A DNA stretch of 40,251 nucleotides from an uncultured Campylobacterota bacterium (GTDB lineage Bacteria; Campylobacterota; Campylobacteria; Campylobacterales; Arcobacteraceae), in assembly GCA_903821805.1 (NCBI GenBank), contig CAIJNA010000163.1, forward strand, positions 1 through 40,251, in the 5' to 3' direction. The stretch's first letter is position 1. Each line of letters starts with the position of its first letter. Shown piece by piece: positions 38,026-40,251 of the stretch. The translations under genes were made by a program, and so were the position numbers. A model generated the notes under the pieces. The model was not told where the DNA came from, did not search any database, and worked only from the letters and a program-made list of their open reading frames with translations.

Positions 38026-39099
38026 TTAATTTTCTTCTGGAATTGGGGGCTTGTATGAAATTATTTCTTTTTGAAGTTCCTCAATTTTTTTATCACCATT
38101 TGCTATAGTTATAAGGTAATTATTCTCTTTAATCTGATCAATAATCCATGAATTTATATTTTGATGATAATGCGAGAAATCCTTATAGTTATCTAAATCT
38201 TTTGTTATCTCAAATGCATTATGAAAATCATAAAGTCTTACGTTTTTAAATGCTGAAAATCTTTTAAAAGCATACGATTTAAATTTCAAAATATTATGTA
38301 AAGTTTTGTGTTCTTCCCATTGCTTGAAAGCTAGCATTGAATATGGTGGATAAAAAAAGATAAATTTAGTTTCTGGGTGTTTTTCAACAAGTGATATAAA
38401 ATTGTGTTCAAAGCTATTCTTTAAATTGTCAAACGTGTATTCAAGAGGTATGATTTTCTTGCTTTTTTTATTATAATCATCATACATTTCTAATACATTT
38501 TCTTTGCCAAAACTATCTTCTGATAAATGTTGCCATTGATACATGTTTTCATATTTCCATCTAGGCTCATCAGTGTTGTATCGTTGATTTAAAAGCGGAG
38601 TTTGTATAGACTCTTTTAATGTGTCAAAATTTGCCAAATAAAAAAAGTCGTTCAGAATATCATTATCATATAAATACATAGGTAACGAGTTATCACCATA
38701 ACTTAATCTGTCAACTTTTCCAGAAAGTGAATACATATCAAATCCGATTAATATGATATCTATTTTTTTTCCAGTACCAAATGCTGTGTTTAGCATTAGA
38801 AATATTTCATGCGATGTAGCACCACTAATTGATAATTTAATTGGTTTTGGCATTATTTCATTTGATTTTGAGATTAAAAAGTTTTCAGTCATAGAGCTAC
38901 CAATTATTATTGATTGGTAATCGTGATGTTTTGAAAGACCAGTATTTAAGGCTCTTTGGTTTCCTCCATAAAAAGTTTTGTAAAGAGTTGGCTGTCTATA
39001 TTGTTGAAATGGATCAATAATAAAATTAAACACTGCAACACAAGCTATAAATATAAAGGTAAGGATATATATAGAATAAATAAACTTTTTACTACTCAT
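38026..39099 (-). CDS. membrane-anchored DltD-like / SGNH-like partner of the MBOAT protein
   Basis: The ATG at 39097-39099 is preferred over the GTG at 39102 because AGGA sits 6 nt upstream. There is an N-terminal TM anchor (IYILTFIFIACVAVFNFII). IIIGSSMTENF could be SGNH block I, with Ser69/70. KDFSHYH could be block V (D-x-x-H) near the C-terminus. The gene lies 8 nt downstream of the MBOAT gene. Confidence 0.6.
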   Translation of the reverse strand: MSSKKFIYSIYILTFIFIACVAVFNFIIDPFQQYRQPTLYKTFYGGNQRALNTGLSKHHDYQSIIIGSSMTENFLISKSNEIMPKPIKLSISGATSHEIFLMLNTAFGTGKKIDIILIGFDMYSLSGKVDRLSYGDNSLPMYLYDNDILNDFFYLANFDTLKESIQTPLLNQRYNTDEPRWKYENMYQWQHLSEDSFGKENVLEMYDDYNKKSKKIIPLEYTFDNLKNSFEHNFISLVEKHPETKFIFFYPPYSMLAFKQWEEHKTLHNILKFKSYAFKRFSAFKNVRLYDFHNAFEITKDLDNYKDFSHYHQNINSWIIDQIKENNYLITIANGDKKIEELQKEIISYKPPIPEEN

Positions 39100-39107
39100 C
39101 ACAAATC

Positions 39108-40251
39108 CTAAAAATTAAAATACAAAAATTCACTGATTTTGCTCAATGATAAAATGTCAAGTGCCAATAAAAGCACAACAAAGAGAACAAGTTTTTTAGA
39201 CAAAACTAATTTTTCTGCATATTGATTTGAGTTGCTAAAAAAGAAGCTAAAAATAACAACAACAAACATAACGCATATGATAACAAGTGAAATAGTATTT
39301 ACAGCAGCAAAATCATACATGTTAAAAAAATCATCAACTATGTCATACATTGCAAAATCTTCAAATGCATCAATTAAAAACATTCCATTTAATACTTTTA
39401 TCGCATCATCCCATTCCTTAGCTCTAAAAAATATCCAAGATATATTTACGAAGTTAAATGTTACAAACCATCCAAGCCAAGTCCACATTCTAAATCCAAG
39501 ATTTGACCAAAATCTATGGATCACTAGAGCCATTCCATGTAAAAATCCCCAAAATATAAATGTCCAGCCGGCCCCATGCCAGAGTCCACCAAGAATAAAT
39601 GTAATAAGAAGGTTCGTGTAAGTTCGAAAACTTCCTAATCTATTTCCTCCAAGAGGAATATAAATGTAATCTCTTAAGAATCTACTCAAAGTAATATGCC
39701 ATCTTCTCCAAAAATCTTGAATATCTGATGCCTTGTATGGTGAATTAAAATTAATCGGGAGTCTTATATTGAAAAGAAGTGCTACTCCAAGCGCCATATC
39801 CGTGTATCCTGAAAAATCAAAATACAGTTGGAACGTATAAGATAAACTTGTTGCCCAAGCCTCAACGATATTAAGACTTATTGATGTGTCAAAGCCATGA
39901 TTTGCCCAGACAGAAAAGGTATCAGCAATAACAACTTTTTTAAATAAACCGATTGAGAACAAAAAGATTCCAACAGCAATATTTTTGTGATTTTTGGCCA
40001 AGTTGGACACTTTGTCAAACTGCGGCATCATCTCTTTGTGATGCAAGATGGGCCCAGCTAAAAGATGTGGAAAAAATGTTACAAACAATCCATAATTTAG
40101 CAGATCATATTCTTTTGTTTCTCCTCTGTAACTATCAACCAAGTAGGCAATCTGAGTAAATGTAAAAAAACTAATTCCAAGCGGAAGCAACAGATGAATT
40201 AGATTAAAGTCTGTTCCTCCAATCATATTGATGTTTTCAATAAAAAAATCA
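39108..40251 (-). CDS. MBOAT family O-acyltransferase (AlgI/DltB/PatA-like), 5' end beyond window
   Basis: Motifs present are LPLGISFFTFTQIAYLVD, FWRRWHITLSRFLRDYIYIPLGGNR and GGLWHGAGW (conserved His). The reading frame stays open upstream of the track Met through position 40251. The family motifs normally sit more than 100 aa from the N-terminus, so the gene is truncated by the window edge. Confidence 0.85.
   Translation of the reverse strand, partial: DFFIENINMIGGTDFNLIHLLLPLGISFFTFTQIAYLVDSYRGETKEYDLLNYGLFVTFFPHLLAGPILHHKEMMPQFDKVSNLAKNHKNIAVGIFLFSIGLFKKVVIADTFSVWANHGFDTSISLNIVEAWATSLSYTFQLYFDFSGYTDMALGVALLFNIRLPINFNSPYKASDIQDFWRRWHITLSRFLRDYIYIPLGGNRLGSFRTYTNLLITFILGGLWHGAGWTFIFWGFLHGMALVIHRFWSNLGFRMWTWLGWFVTFNFVNISWIFFRAKEWDDAIKVLNGMFLIDAFEDFAMYDIVDDFFNMYDFAAVNTISLVIICVMFVVVIFSFFFSNSNQYAEKLVLSKKLVLFVVLLLALDILSLSKISEFLYFNF

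Noticed and set aside
1-40251. Scan for CRISPR arrays, IS elements or transposases, integrases, prophage or defence-island content, and rRNA or tRNA genes.
   Set aside because: No regularly spaced direct repeats, terminal inverted repeats, recombinase-like ORFs or RNA-gene signatures were found. Gene content is housekeeping, with tight operon packing throughout.

Overview
This is an AT-rich chromosomal core region with gene content and synteny typical of Campylobacterota, probably an Arcobacter-group organism. That placement is inferred from protein motifs and gene order only. I saw no rRNA, tRNA, CRISPR array or mobile element.

The left third is mostly on the minus strand: ccoS-ccoI, a short asparaginase-domain gene, gmk, an acidic receiver-like protein, an orphan FtsE/LolD-type ABC ATPase, tsf, rpsB, pyrG, a c-type cytochrome, a small helical protein and a BI-1/YccA protein. 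The middle is on the plus strand: pyrB, a small coupled ORF, an Alvin-type 2[4Fe-4S] ferredoxin, ndk, and yceD-rpmF-plsX-fabH. rpmF is missing from the supplied ORF track. A minus-strand pabB-pabC-ORF operon follows.

Positions 17960-35344 are a 15-gene Complex I (nuo) operon, and this is the most interesting part of the window. The nuoE and nuoF slots hold a Cys-free 88-aa protein and a 671-aa fusion. The fusion joins a degenerate NuoF C-terminal FeS remnant to a GltD/NfnB-type NAD(P)H FeS-flavoprotein. Two tandem NuoG paralogs follow, chained by ATGA overlaps.

The window ends with glmS, ung, and a DltD-like SGNH protein paired with an MBOAT (AlgI/DltB/PatA-type) gene that runs off the window edge. 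All calls rest on motif recognition from memory, since no database search was possible.
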